Assembly (NCBI GenBank): GCA_965207885.1
Contig: OZ242311.1
Span: 5,760,001-5,824,000, forward strand
Length of the DNA stretch: 64,000 bases
Direction of reading: 5' to 3'
Source: Candidatus Latescibacterota bacterium
GTDB taxonomy: Bacteria > Latescibacterota > UBA2968
Shown here: piece after piece, positions 50,110 to 61,251 of the stretch
Numbering within the stretch: position 1 is the first letter of the stretch
How the letters are laid out: the number at the start of each line of letters is the position of its first letter
The notes under the pieces: generated by a model
Told to the model about the DNA's origin: nothing
Database searches by the model: none
The model's input: the letters and a program-made list of their open reading frames with translations, nothing else
Made by a program: the position numbers and the translations under genes

Positions 50110-53100
50110 TTAGAAGGACCAGCGCACGCCGAGATGGATATCCCGCGGATTGACATAGAACAAATACGACCGCTGTGACATCACGCTCTCATCCAGTTCT
50201 TTGCCCGGCTTGTCGCCTTCTTGCAAATTCCCGCTCGCATCCACGGTCCAGCCCAATGCCTCCATATACTTCTTGAAGTTATTGCCCGAACTCGTACCGA
50301 GATGGGATCGCGTATCCCATATCCGGGATGTAGAAGTCGTGGTAACATTTTTGAAGTTGAGCGGATTGCGAATCTCCAGATAAACCGTTGGCGCCATCTT
50401 TACGTCAAACATCTTGGCAAACCGCAGATCCAGAAGCCTGGTCGCCTGCCACTGTGCGTTATCCACCGAGCGCAGTGCCACGTCGTTGGACGGGTTGTAG
50501 TTGAACCACGACCCCGCCTGATGGCGGTAATAAAGGTTGGCTTCCCAGCCCCCCTTCAACATGCGTTGCTCGCCTCCGTGATCCAGCGACGTGCGGAAAT
50601 TCAGACCAAACTTCAAAATCGGTCGCGCCTTAAAGCGCGGATTCGCACCAGCGGGACTCCTCTCGATCAAACGGTAGGACGCTGTCGATACAGTCTGTGC
50701 GTCGTAGATGCGCTCCCAGCGCACGATGCGCTTGCGCTCGGCGCGGAACTCATAGGACAAAAAGCCCGTCACAAACTGCCCGCGCGCCTTGCGCACAGAC
50801 AACTCGAACCCGCGAATATCCTTCACATTTCCATTCATATGGAAACGCGTGCTGCGTCCCGTGGTATTCTGGATATACACTCTTCCGCGTTCCGTGTCCT
50901 TCTCGATGTCTTTGAAGAACACCGTGCCGCTGAACAGATACTGATTGGCGAAATTCCGCTCGTAGCCCAGTTCATAGGCTATTGTCACGGGCATGTCCAG
51001 CCACGGATTGCCAAACTGCTCCAAAGGCTCGCCCAGACCGCTCTGCGTCTGATACAAATCCACAGAGGTCGGAATCTGTGCAAAGTGACCGTAGTTGAAG
51101 AACAGCTTGCTCTCGGCAGTAATCGGATGCGATATACCAACCCGGGGACTCACCTTCCACTTTGTGGGCGGGCGTATAGCCTCTGCCTTGGAATACAGCA
51201 ACACGGCATTGGAACCCATCCACTCTGCGTGTACCTCGTTGGGAATGTCGAAGTACTTGTCCGGACGGTGAAAGTCCAGGCGCAGACCCGCATTTACCAC
51301 AATCTGGCGATACTCCATGCGATCCTGCAAGAACACACCGCCGTAAAGAGGCGTGCGGACCCAGTAATTGTGGAAGTCAGCCGTATCCGTCACTTCCATG
51401 TTAGCTGGATCATCGATATTCCCCGGACGGAAATTGACGTCTTCCAGGGTCGGATCCTGTACAGAAGATGCAAAACCGCGGATCTCGCGCAGGAAGAAGT
51501 GATGCACCTGCACACCGGCTTTGATCTGGTGATTCGGCGTTACTTGAGACGTAATATCAAACGTATAATCGTCTTCCCAGGTATAAGACCAGTCGCCCGA
51601 ACGCGCCGGGTTGCCGTCGCCACCGCGCATGCGGTAAGCACCTAAGAGATCGAAAGTTCCGGGCTTATACGTAAAGCCCTTGGGACCTTCGTCCAGGATC
51701 ACGGCACCCGCGGCCTGAGCCGCCTGATAGCTGCTCTCGGTAACTTCTTCAACGCGACCATCTGGATATACCGCTGCTGCGGGCACACCGCGCTTCTGCA
51801 GGGGTTGCCACGAAGCCTCAAAGTCGGCCTTACCCACGCGCACCGACAAATTGTAAAACGTCCTGGGAGACAGCGTGTGTGTCCACGTCAAAGTGCCATA
51901 CCGGCGGTTGATCGTTTCGATATTGCTGCCAGACCCCATCGCGAAAATATTCCGCGTACGCAAATTGCTCACTTCAAAAGCAGGCGTGCGGGCAAATGTG
52001 CCCAAAAAGTTCCCGTACTTCGCACCCTGAGACCAGCCCTTCAGGAAGCCCAAAGACAGCTTGGTCGTCGCCGTAGGCGTGAAGATCGCCTTGGCCTGCC
52101 AGGTATCATCGCGATAGTTGGGAACGGCCATCGTCCATGTATAAGCCGACTTTTCCCGGCGCGTGGAAAGCAAGAACGACACCTTGTCCTGCACGAGCGG
52201 ACCGCCAACAGTCACATCGTAGGTATAATCCGCATCGCGGTCTGTGGCGTCGAAGTTCTGCTGATACGGATAGTCCTCATCCTGCCCAAAAGGACCTATG
52301 CCACTGGCTTCGGTCGCGATTCCGCCGACCTTCCGATGCTGGAAATCCCATATTCCCTTGGCTTGCGCAGGCGTCGAAATCACGTCTTCGAAGGGACCGG
52401 CTTTCCATTCGCCAGCAGGTCCACCCTTATCCTGGAATATATTATTCCAGCCAGCAAAATCCGGATTCCCGTCGCCATCTCTATCGGCCGTCGGTGCCAT
52501 GCTCTGGAACCGCCCCACATCCCACCAGTTATCGGTGCTGTACATCGTGGGACCAAAATACTTATTCGCTGCGGGACTCCACCGCAGATCGCCTGCCGTC
52601 GTCCATGCGCGAGGCTCGCGGTTGACCACGTTGATCACACCGCTGCGCACATCGCCGTACTCGGCATTGAACCCGCCCTTCAGAATCTGAACCTCCTGAA
52701 GTGCTGTCTTGGAAAAGGACGAATACGGACGGTTATCCCGGCTGTCTTTCATGCTCACGCCGTCAACCATATAAACGATCTCGGTCTCGTTGCCACCGCG
52801 GATATTCAAACCCCAACTATCCGTATCTATACCCACCTGCGTGGCAAACGCATCGCGCAACCGGGGTCCCACTGGCGGGGACTCGATCTCTTTGGCAGAC
52901 ATAATCACCTGCGTATAAGACACATCCATCTCAACCGGTGGGCGCTCTGCCGTCACCGTAATCTCTGCCAACTCTGCCGTTGTCTCGCCAAGCGAGAAAT
53001 CCAGCGGCGTCGTGCGGTCAATCGAAACCGCCACATCGCGCTGCGTCACAGCGCGATAACCCACCAGCGACGCCGTGACCTCATACACGCCCGGATTGAC

Positions 53101-53316
53101 GCGAATGATGAAGTATTCACCATTGACATCTGCCGTGGCACCCATTCTGGTGCCCACAATCACCACATTGGCACCCGGCAGAGGTTCGCCGGTACTGGAA
53201 TCGGTAATGCGACCCGAAATTTTACCCGTGGTGGTCTGCGCGTCGGCCTGATAAGTCAGCCCAAACCCCAGCGCAATGGCAAGCAAGGTTATAAACCCAG
53301 CTCTAAAACGATACAT
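50110..53316 (-). CDS. TonB-dependent receptor
   Basis: Carboxypeptidase-like N-domain, plug IRGG...GGFNAEYG...SGVINVV, C-terminal RWSF. Confidence 0.92.
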   Translation of the reverse strand: MYRFRAGFITLLAIALGFGLTYQADAQTTTGKISGRITDSSTGEPLPGANVVIVGTRMGATADVNGEYFIIRVNPGVYEVTASLVGYRAVTQRDVAVSIDRTTPLDFSLGETTAELAEITVTAERPPVEMDVSYTQVIMSAKEIESPPVGPRLRDAFATQVGIDTDSWGLNIRGGNETEIVYMVDGVSMKDSRDNRPYSSFSKTALQEVQILKGGFNAEYGDVRSGVINVVNREPRAWTTAGDLRWSPAANKYFGPTMYSTDNWWDVGRFQSMAPTADRDGDGNPDFAGWNNIFQDKGGPAGEWKAGPFEDVISTPAQAKGIWDFQHRKVGGIATEASGIGPFGQDEDYPYQQNFDATDRDADYTYDVTVGGPLVQDKVSFLLSTRREKSAYTWTMAVPNYRDDTWQAKAIFTPTATTKLSLGFLKGWSQGAKYGNFLGTFARTPAFEVSNLRTRNIFAMGSGSNIETINRRYGTLTWTHTLSPRTFYNLSVRVGKADFEASWQPLQKRGVPAAAVYPDGRVEEVTESSYQAAQAAGAVILDEGPKGFTYKPGTFDLLGAYRMRGGDGNPARSGDWSYTWEDDYTFDITSQVTPNHQIKAGVQVHHFFLREIRGFASSVQDPTLEDVNFRPGNIDDPANMEVTDTADFHNYWVRTPLYGGVFLQDRMEYRQIVVNAGLRLDFHRPDKYFDIPNEVHAEWMGSNAVLLYSKAEAIRPPTKWKVSPRVGISHPITAESKLFFNYGHFAQIPTSVDLYQTQSGLGEPLEQFGNPWLDMPVTIAYELGYERNFANQYLFSGTVFFKDIEKDTERGRVYIQNTTGRSTRFHMNGNVKDIRGFELSVRKARGQFVTGFLSYEFRAERKRIVRWERIYDAQTVSTASYRLIERSPAGANPRFKARPILKFGLNFRTSLDHGGEQRMLKGGWEANLYYRHQAGSWFNYNPSNDVALRSVDNAQWQATRLLDLRFAKMFDVKMAPTVYLEIRNPLNFKNVTTTSTSRIWDTRSHLGTSSGNNFKKYMEALGWTVDASGNLQEGDKPGKELDESVMSQRSYLFYVNPRDIHLGVRWSF

Positions 53317-53829
53317 AAACTCCTCCTTTGTTTTCTTCCCCCGGCTTTGGGAAAGATAAGGGAAAAGCCACCCTGGCTCATCCCGCGCAACTTCTCCTGA
53401 CTACCTACTACAACAAAATACTATCAATAAGCCCTTAAACATCACCTCCTTATTAATCCCCTCCCTGTGGTCTTAAAAGCGGGCTTAAATACCCCACCTC
53501 CTTTCGGTCCATGATATTGATCATTATAAACTATAATTTCCGATAAATCCACGTGTCCAATTTAATATGCACCTCGAAACCTGTCAAGTATTATGCACCA
53601 AATTACGCGACATGTGTTTTTCGATCATAACATATTGTTTTTCAAAAACTTAAATTTTTATCTATTGGAAATCTTAAAAATAACTCGCTGAAATCAAAGA
53701 AGTAAGCCAACACACAAACAAAAATGTCCTGCAATATTCGGCATATCAGCCATTTCATCTGGTCAAATACTAAAGAGCCACAACACTTCATTGCCCTTTA
53801 TTTCCGATAAGTGGATTTATCGGAAATAA

Positions 53830-55027
53830 CATGGTACACGACAAAACTTAAATTGTTTTAAACAGTGGCGGATTACTCAGTAAACGAATGCATATGAGGA
53901 ACTGTTGGGTTTGTTGGTTTATATTGAGCAGGACATACTGCAAATAGTCCAACCCATATCGGAAGAGACTTTTCTCCATCCGCCCGTGATTTTTGATCGT
54001 CAAAGGATTTGTTTTTGCTATCCATTCGCCGATGATATGCGCCCAGATGCAGGCAATGGCCAAAAGCGCGATGAGTTTCTCAATGCGGTCTTGATGTATA
54101 AGATGGGTCTCTTCCAGATTAAATCCTCGACTTTTAAGATTGGCAAAAAGGACTTCAATGCCCCATCGTTTTTTATAGGTATCCAATGCGGCTTGACCTT
54201 TTTGGTTGCTGGCAAGAATGAGGTATTGGTCCTTCAATCTTAGTGCAGACAGATATACAGGCAGGTCATAAACGCGGTGGCGTTTGCACAAGTTGACCTG
54301 CTGATGGATATTAAGATTTTCAAACCGTTTTCTTATGGGGATCTCTCTACCGCCTGATGAGACAAGAGCGTTTTCCTTGATGCGAATAACAAAGGGTATA
54401 TTTTGTGTGTCTAACCACCTAAACCATTCTCTTCCAATAAATTCTCTGTCTGCGACGACAACGCGGATATGCGATTTGCAGATGCAGTTGAGCATTTCTT
54501 GCATCAAATGGATACGCTCATCACTATTGGAATTGCCCCGTTTTTTTAACAAGTGCCAACAGATAGGAAAGGCGACCCCTTCATAGATAATGCCTGCGGT
54601 TAGGATGTTGATATTGAATTTTCCCAACTTCCAATTGGTGCGATCTATTGAGACTATAAAATCCGACTTTATAGGTAATAAGTGCAAGATCAATTGTCTC
54701 ACACACGCATAGGGTAAGGCAAAGTGGGCAAAGAAGCGTTGGATACGACGATAATTAGATTTCTGCTTGACGGTTCCATTGAGTGCGTTTGCCAGTTTCA
54801 TAAAATTGACGCTACGCAATTTTATCAGCGACAATATGAACGCAGCGGTAAACGTTATTCGGGCTTTATGCCAGTGAAAATATCCTTGCATAATCGTTTG
54901 AAGTTCAATAGTTTCAGGAGACATAGACCTGTGCCTTGTTAAGATGAGAAAGGTTTGTCTTGGGACATTCAAACCTAACTCTTTTTAGCTTTTTTCACAG
55001 GTCTTTTATTTTTTGTCGTGTACTATG
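53830..55027 (-). mobile_element. IS4-family insertion sequence with 17-bp inverted repeats and 9-bp target duplication
   Basis: IRs CATGGTACACGACAAAA / TTTTGTCGTGTACTATG; direct repeat CGGAAATAA at 53821 and 55028. Confidence 0.92.
53848..54972 (-). CDS. IS4-family DDE transposase
   Basis: IDRTNWK, VADREF, YKKRWGIEVLF (YREK) motifs. Confidence 0.92.
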   Translation of the reverse strand: MNVPRQTFLILTRHRSMSPETIELQTIMQGYFHWHKARITFTAAFILSLIKLRSVNFMKLANALNGTVKQKSNYRRIQRFFAHFALPYACVRQLILHLLPIKSDFIVSIDRTNWKLGKFNINILTAGIIYEGVAFPICWHLLKKRGNSNSDERIHLMQEMLNCICKSHIRVVVADREFIGREWFRWLDTQNIPFVIRIKENALVSSGGREIPIRKRFENLNIHQQVNLCKRHRVYDLPVYLSALRLKDQYLILASNQKGQAALDTYKKRWGIEVLFANLKSRGFNLEETHLIHQDRIEKLIALLAIACIWAHIIGEWIAKTNPLTIKNHGRMEKSLFRYGLDYLQYVLLNINQQTQQFLICIRLLSNPPLFKTI

Positions 55028-55136
55028 CGGAAATAAATAAAAAGAGACTATCGCATGTTTAATTGATGAATCTAAATCGGATAGCGCAAGCGTCTAATAA
55101 AAACCATCTGATGCACAAGTTTGCAATACTAAAAAA

Positions 55137-56135
55137 ATGACCACAAAAATTAAAGCACCCACCTCCCAATCCATACACCTGCCCGCCTGCAGATGTTCCG
55201 CGCAGACAAGTCACAACGGTCAGACACTCTCAATGCCCGCGGCTGAACTCGCGCGTGCCTCACTCGCTCCTGCTACCATCAGAGCCTATCGGTCTGCGCT
55301 TTATGCCTGGGATACATTTCGCAACAACCGGCCCGAAAATGATACACTCATCGCCGAATATCTAACGGCGCGATATGAAGCGGGAACCAGCCCGGCTACC
55401 TGTACACAAATCGTGGGCGCAATCCGGTTTCGCGCGAAACACCAGGGCTACACCGATCCCATTGGTCCAGCTACCCAGCGCGTATTAGCAGGCATACGAC
55501 GCCGGGGACGAGACCGCGGACGGGGACAAATGGACGGCCTGCGCTGGAATGAAGCAGATGCAATAGTACGCATTGCCCAGCGCGACCAGACCCTCGCCGG
55601 ACTTCGAGACGCGGCCATCATCGCCGTCATGTCTGACGCACTCCTGCGCGTATCTGAATGCGTTGCCCTCAATGTCGAAGATCTTTTGCAAACCGACCTG
55701 CCCGACGGAAGTGCCCGCATTACCGTCCGACACTCTAAAACCGACCAGGAAGGGCGCAGCAGTGTCCTGTACATTGGACCGACAACAGCAAGAGCAGTAA
55801 CGGCCTATCTGAACGCCGCCCAAATAGACAACGGTCCCCTCTTTCGCCGCGTACGCCGCGGCGACCATCTGGGAACCGGGCGACTGACAGACCGCGCAAT
55901 CAGAAACATCGTAAAACAGCGTGCAGCAGCAGCCGGAGTCTCTGGAAGATTTTCGGGGCACTCGCTCCGCATTGGATCGGCACAGTCCCTCGCAACAGCG
56001 GGCGCATCAATTGTCGAAATGCAAATAGCAGGACGATGGCGCGATACATCTATGCCCGCTCACTATGCCCGCGCCCAACTCGCCGGTACTGGTGCCGTAG
56101 CGCGTTTGCGATATGGATGTAAAAACAAAAAATAA
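55137..56135 (+). CDS. Cre-like tyrosine recombinase
   Basis: RDAAII..LLRVSE, SKTDQ, HSLRIG, GRW, HYAR. Confidence 0.9.
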   Translation: MTTKIKAPTSQSIHLPACRCSAQTSHNGQTLSMPAAELARASLAPATIRAYRSALYAWDTFRNNRPENDTLIAEYLTARYEAGTSPATCTQIVGAIRFRAKHQGYTDPIGPATQRVLAGIRRRGRDRGRGQMDGLRWNEADAIVRIAQRDQTLAGLRDAAIIAVMSDALLRVSECVALNVEDLLQTDLPDGSARITVRHSKTDQEGRSSVLYIGPTTARAVTAYLNAAQIDNGPLFRRVRRGDHLGTGRLTDRAIRNIVKQRAAAAGVSGRFSGHSLRIGSAQSLATAGASIVEMQIAGRWRDTSMPAHYARAQLAGTGAVARLRYGCKNKK

Positions 56136-56161
56136 AGCCCCGCACTATACGGGGCTTTTTT
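56134..56161 (+). terminator. Bidirectional rho-independent terminator
   Basis: AAAGCCCCG-loop-CGGGGCTTTTTT between convergent genes. Confidence 0.7.
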
Positions 56162-56226
56162 GTGATTACTCGTCTCAGGCTCTAAAAAATTTAGAACAAC
56201 TCACCTTTTTGAAGTCACATAGTACG

Positions 56227-56928
56227 TTATTTTTTGCCGCTTTTCAAAACCTCAATCATCACTAATCCGTCTTTATTTTCTTTTATGAATGGAGATGGCG
56301 CAATATCAGGGGGCATAGGAACTAAGCGGTTATACACAAAAGGCTTTTCCACGAAAATTCCCAGGCACCGGCGTTCTGGATAAGCTTCCACTTTAATATC
56401 CTGAGCACTGGGTAAATATATCAGAACAAAATACGCAGAATCATCCTTCGAAATTAAGGTGCTATAGTGGGCTTCTACCTTCTGGATGAAATCTATGTCA
56501 TAAGATAACTCACGATGATAAATACCTCTGTCTTCCCGAACATAGCTACCCGACAAATATTCTTTATAATTCTGATTGAGTTCCCTGATGATCTTCTCAA
56601 TATTATCGCGTAATTCCTCATTATCGCGTAATGGCTTGAGGAATTGCTTAAACAATTCCTCGCGTGATTTCTCATATTTTTTTTCACGAAATTTAGCAGC
56701 TTTTTTAATTAAAAAATGCCTGATTCCGTTTCCGCCAACAAAATGTCTCAGAAACTCAGAAGGAATGATAAGAGCCAAAGAGATCAATACGACATTGTGA
56801 ATAATCTCGTCTGTAAGCTCATTAGACCATCCCACATACAAGAAGCACAGGAACCCTACTATGAAGAGTTCTCCTATCAACCAACGCGAGGAGGGAGCAA
56901 AGCTGTTTGAAGGTGTATCAGGATTCAT
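56227..56928 (-). CDS. Hypothetical membrane protein (AT-rich)
   Basis: Two N-terminal hydrophobic helices; overlaps the upstream ORF. Confidence 0.6.
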   Translation of the reverse strand: MNPDTPSNSFAPSSRWLIGELFIVGFLCFLYVGWSNELTDEIIHNVVLISLALIIPSEFLRHFVGGNGIRHFLIKKAAKFREKKYEKSREELFKQFLKPLRDNEELRDNIEKIIRELNQNYKEYLSGSYVREDRGIYHRELSYDIDFIQKVEAHYSTLISKDDSAYFVLIYLPSAQDIKVEAYPERRCLGIFVEKPFVYNRLVPMPPDIAPSPFIKENKDGLVMIEVLKSGKK

Positions 56929-57250
56929 TTCTAAATTCTTCCCATTGTTTTTTTATGGTTTTTAATAGAGTAAAACCAGCATTTATGATGATAGAAATCA
57001 AAGCCACGATATCAAAAATCGTCACCAAGGTTTTGGTAAATTGCAAAGGTAAATAAGATTCAACCTCTCCAGGGTTTTCTTCTATGGGTATTGTCTCGTG
57101 TAGCCAGAGGACGCAGGCACGAAATACCCTGAGACCTGCTACCACTACCAGAAGTGAAAAAATATCTTTAAAGAAATCAAATAGAAAATTGAAGCGGAGA
57201 TACTTTTCCCTTTGGCTCCTCCAGGATTGAAACAATTGCAAAATATTCAT
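56918..57250 (-). CDS. Hypothetical membrane protein (AT-rich)
   Basis: Two hydrophobic helices, 110 aa. Confidence 0.55.
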   Translation of the reverse strand: MNILQLFQSWRSQREKYLRFNFLFDFFKDIFSLLVVVAGLRVFRACVLWLHETIPIEENPGEVESYLPLQFTKTLVTIFDIVALISIIINAGFTLLKTIKKQWEEFRNES

Positions 57251-57631
57251 ATAAAACCGTTTTTGTACGAAAAAAATACCCGACAGCCGATCCTAACGCA
57301 AATTCTGTAGCCCTTGTTAGGAATGCTATGCTTACAAAATATAACCCTAAAAGGTAATATTAGCCAAATAGATTTCTTGCCCAAGGAACTCAGTTAATAC
57401 GATCTGTTCTCAACCAAAAACGCCTCTACTGCGACCCCGCAGAGTTTCTGCGATCTCATAGGAGAGTATAGATAAACAACACCGTCCTGCGGTATTCGGC
57501 ATTTCTTGGTTATGGACACAGCGTTTTCCGACTTGAATCTGCTGTATCCAATTTATATTGGAGTCTCAATTGTTTTTTCTAAAATAAGCACAATACCCGC
57601 CTAACCTATTTTGCCAGAGCTTATGATAGTA

Positions 57632-60600
57632 CTACCTGGCGATAAAAAATATCACATCTTTGGCGACCTTTGTTCCCGTATTCAAATCCGTCACTGCCAC
57701 CTCTAATTCATAGCGCCCCGCCTCTGATCCCCTCACATCAATCTCCAGATAATTGTACTCTGTTTTCTGCTTACCTGTCTGCTCGTAAGAAATTGTCACC
57801 TCTTTCTTTTGTTCAATACCCAGGAGTTTTCCGACCGCGCGCAAAATCGTCACGGCCAGAGGTTTGCCTTTGCGGGGTGAAATTTTGTAATCCATCTGGT
57901 AGCGCGTCTGACCAAATTCGTCGAACGTCAACCCATACACCTCGTAATAAATCGTCACGGGTTGTCCGGGCAAATAGGTTTTGGATGGCATAGGCACCAC
58001 TTTGTGTCCACCTTTTACTTTTGCAGAAGCATCTTCCACCACCAGACCGGCCATCTCAATATCGGAAAGCATCAGCGATGGACCTGTATATGGCTCCACT
58101 GTCAGTGACCGGGTATAAGCGCCCCGCATATTGCCCTGCAGACTGCGTACTTCCACCCCCAGATGGTAATTGCCCGGCGGTAGATTAAGCGCGATTTGAT
58201 CCACAGCCAGATCGCCTGCACCCAGCGAATCCGTCGCATCTACCGCAAAAGGCAGGGGAGCCATCTTGCGATAGACCGGTCTCCATGTGCTGTCAAATAA
58301 CGCAATGCCCCGTTCCAAAATACCGGTCGCCTGAACGCTGTCTGGCAAATTGGCCAGAGGTACGCCGTAATACACTTCCAGACAGCTGTGCTCGTTTTTT
58401 CCCTGGAAATCAACTGCGTCGAAATGGAAATTCAATACATCGTCAAAGGGCGGCATAAGATCTGCCTGTGCTTGAATAGCCGATGCCACCTGCCGGTCTG
58501 GCCGTCGGTCTGTCCACAGCCCCATGTTGAAGTGCGACTCGCTGCGGCCCTGCGGGATATCGGGATAGATGTAATTCCCCTTCCGATCTAAAGCCGTGAA
58601 TACCACCTCAATTCCCCCGGCGACATCCGGATAAATCCAGTATTCCCAGCGCGTGCCGCTATCGATGGGATAGAGCGGATAGCCCCGCACCGTCTTATCG
58701 CTCGCACCCCGGTCATAGCCGCTGAGTTCCACCGTAGGCTGGTAGCGGTCAGTACTTACCTGATTGTAAGATGTGGCACCAAAACGGGAGCGATTGGGAT
58801 TCAATTCAAAGTCTATTGCCTCAAAATCGTTTACAGTGACCTCAAGCCCGTACTCATCCTGGATCGCCACATCTTGCAGAGATGTCCGCAACCTGCCCAT
58901 CCGCGCAATAATCTCTTTGCGACCATCTACTGGAATGCCCAGCCACAGCCGCTCCTTGACCCGCACCACATCGGGATCCGTCTCATAGCGCACATCGCCC
59001 GAACGGCTTTTATGCGCGGGTTCGCCATAGCGAATATAAATCTCCCCGCGCCTGTCCCAAGGCTTGCGCCCGGTTGAAAAATGCTGCATCGCATATAGCA
59101 CTCGCCGATAGTGCTCCACCAGCCGCTCGTTGCCCGGCGTGGCCGGCGTGGGATCGCGACGCTGCCAGAACATCCGCACAAAGTCCGGCTGCTGCTCGGG
59201 CGGCAATGCCTCGTAAGTAGCGGCCTCTTTCAGCGTCGCAATTAGGCGGATGTCTTGCAGAAGTCCGCGCGTGTGTTCATCTACCGTACGCAAATACTCC
59301 GCCATCACCTTCTGCGCTTCTCCTGTCTGTCCCATCAGTTGATACACACCCAGGATCAAGGGGAGACATTCCTCACGCAGTTCGGGACGCGTATCCATCA
59401 ACTCGCGCCACACATGCGTCGCCCTTGCGCGTTGTCCCTGCTTCAGCCATATTCGCCCCAGATCGAATCGCGCACGCGCGTGCATCGGGTTTACCACAAT
59501 CTGTCGGGTATAGGCTTTCTCGGCAGCTTCGATCTTGCCCTCGCGTTCAAACACCCGCCCGAGCAAATACAGCAATTCCGGATGATTCGAATAGGCTTCA
59601 ATCGCCTCTTTCAAGGCATCTTCTGCTCGCTGTTTACCCCCCAGCAAACGCGCAAACGCGCGGTTGACCTGCGCGGTTTTCCAATCGGGACGAAGGGCGA
59701 GAGCCTGATCATAAGCCACCACAGCTTCATCCCACCGCTTGCGTCCTATGTGGGATATCCCCACACCATTGTACACTTCGGACAAAACCCCACCCGCGTT
59801 CAACGCCGCGTTAAACGTCCGTTCCGCATAGGGTAAATTGCTCGCAAACAAATAGGCATATCCCTGTGCGGATCGTCCCATCAAATCGTTTCCATCTTCC
59901 TTGAGAAGCACCTCCATCACCTCCAAAGCCTCTCGCGCCATTGCCGTATCCGGAAGCACCTGTCGAGCCGCATAGCGCGGATCGATATGCTTTGCCATTT
60001 CTTTGCGCCTGCCCAGAGCTGTGATTATCGCCCCATTCAGGTTGGGAGGTGCCCCAAAACCGAGCAACGGGTTATAATACGCCCGCACCACAATCGGATT
60101 GCGATCCATCCAGAACCCGTAGAGAAACGCCGCGCGGTCCGCGCGTCCCAGGCCAGTATATACGGCTTCAACCCCGGATCCACCAAATCGTTTTAATAAA
60201 TGCTGTGCTGTCTTCACACGCTGATCGTCAAAGCCCGAAGCCGGAACAAGCGCGTCGCCCAGCACTTCAAATTTTCGGGCCGTCATGATTGCATCCCGCC
60301 CGGCTGTCACCTGAACCCGCAGCGTGTATGTCCCCGGCAAAAGTTCACGAGTGGGAATGCCCTCGGCGAATTTGACTTCACCCCGATACCCGGGGAATGA
60401 CCGCTGATCGCGCCAGAGGCGATGTCCGTACCGGTCTTCTATCTGCATCTCAACCCGGTGGCTCTGGTAGCCCAGATAATACACCTCAAAATACAAGTAG
60501 AGCGGTACGCCTCGTCGATATTGTCGCGCCGGGTTGGGCAGTATCAAGCGCCCGTCTTTTCGGAACATCTCAAGGCTCTCTCCCGCCCCCTGCGGATTAA

Positions 60601-61102
60601 AACCAGAAGACAGGTACAGATCGCTCATCCCTATTTTCCCGGGATCGTAAGCGGGCACATCCAGAGAAAACACCGCCAATCCCGCCCGATCTGCCTGCAA
60701 ATCGCTCAAAGTCAGTTCCCCGCGATAGCGACCTGTGGGCAGACGCACCTGGACCATATCATATACCATGCGGTCTGTATCGACGGTGGCTTCCAACGAT
60801 TCGGCTGTCAGTCTGCTTTCTGCCTCCACCTGTTGTACAACCTCTCCGTCCTCGTTTAAGACCCGCAGCGAAGGCTTGTACCGCGCGAGATAAATCCCCG
60901 AATTTTGCCGCAAAAATGCAAATTGCGCCACCGGGAACCGCAATATTACTTCTTCGAAACCCTCGCGGCCCCGATATCGAAAACTGCACACATCAATCTC
61001 GAAAGCTATGGACCCTTCTCCGCGCGGTGGGAGATCCATCTCACTGGCGTGTACCTCAAAAACTGCAACTATCAAACTCAAAAATACAATTGCGATACGC
61101 AT
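57632..61102 (-). CDS. GWxTD-domain TPR protein
   Basis: Signal peptide, TPRs, DPTPATPGNERLVEHYRRV, WDRRGEIYIRYGEP. Confidence 0.82.
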   Translation of the reverse strand: MRIAIVFLSLIVAVFEVHASEMDLPPRGEGSIAFEIDVCSFRYRGREGFEEVILRFPVAQFAFLRQNSGIYLARYKPSLRVLNEDGEVVQQVEAESRLTAESLEATVDTDRMVYDMVQVRLPTGRYRGELTLSDLQADRAGLAVFSLDVPAYDPGKIGMSDLYLSSGFNPQGAGESLEMFRKDGRLILPNPARQYRRGVPLYLYFEVYYLGYQSHRVEMQIEDRYGHRLWRDQRSFPGYRGEVKFAEGIPTRELLPGTYTLRVQVTAGRDAIMTARKFEVLGDALVPASGFDDQRVKTAQHLLKRFGGSGVEAVYTGLGRADRAAFLYGFWMDRNPIVVRAYYNPLLGFGAPPNLNGAIITALGRRKEMAKHIDPRYAARQVLPDTAMAREALEVMEVLLKEDGNDLMGRSAQGYAYLFASNLPYAERTFNAALNAGGVLSEVYNGVGISHIGRKRWDEAVVAYDQALALRPDWKTAQVNRAFARLLGGKQRAEDALKEAIEAYSNHPELLYLLGRVFEREGKIEAAEKAYTRQIVVNPMHARARFDLGRIWLKQGQRARATHVWRELMDTRPELREECLPLILGVYQLMGQTGEAQKVMAEYLRTVDEHTRGLLQDIRLIATLKEAATYEALPPEQQPDFVRMFWQRRDPTPATPGNERLVEHYRRVLYAMQHFSTGRKPWDRRGEIYIRYGEPAHKSRSGDVRYETDPDVVRVKERLWLGIPVDGRKEIIARMGRLRTSLQDVAIQDEYGLEVTVNDFEAIDFELNPNRSRFGATSYNQVSTDRYQPTVELSGYDRGASDKTVRGYPLYPIDSGTRWEYWIYPDVAGGIEVVFTALDRKGNYIYPDIPQGRSESHFNMGLWTDRRPDRQVASAIQAQADLMPPFDDVLNFHFDAVDFQGKNEHSCLEVYYGVPLANLPDSVQATGILERGIALFDSTWRPVYRKMAPLPFAVDATDSLGAGDLAVDQIALNLPPGNYHLGVEVRSLQGNMRGAYTRSLTVEPYTGPSLMLSDIEMAGLVVEDASAKVKGGHKVVPMPSKTYLPGQPVTIYYEVYGLTFDEFGQTRYQMDYKISPRKGKPLAVTILRAVGKLLGIEQKKEVTISYEQTGKQKTEYNYLEIDVRGSEAGRYELEVAVTDLNTGTKVAKDVIFFIAR

Positions 61103-61251
61103 AAAAATACCTCTTGAGTGCTAAGTGTTGTAGGCTACGTCGTGTGCTTGTTTTACTAACCTCTATCCTGTTACAATAATATACAAAAACAAAAAAAAAT
61201 TCAATTGGATAGCCCTTGACAGATTGATTAGAAAGGCGTTGTTTGATTTTT

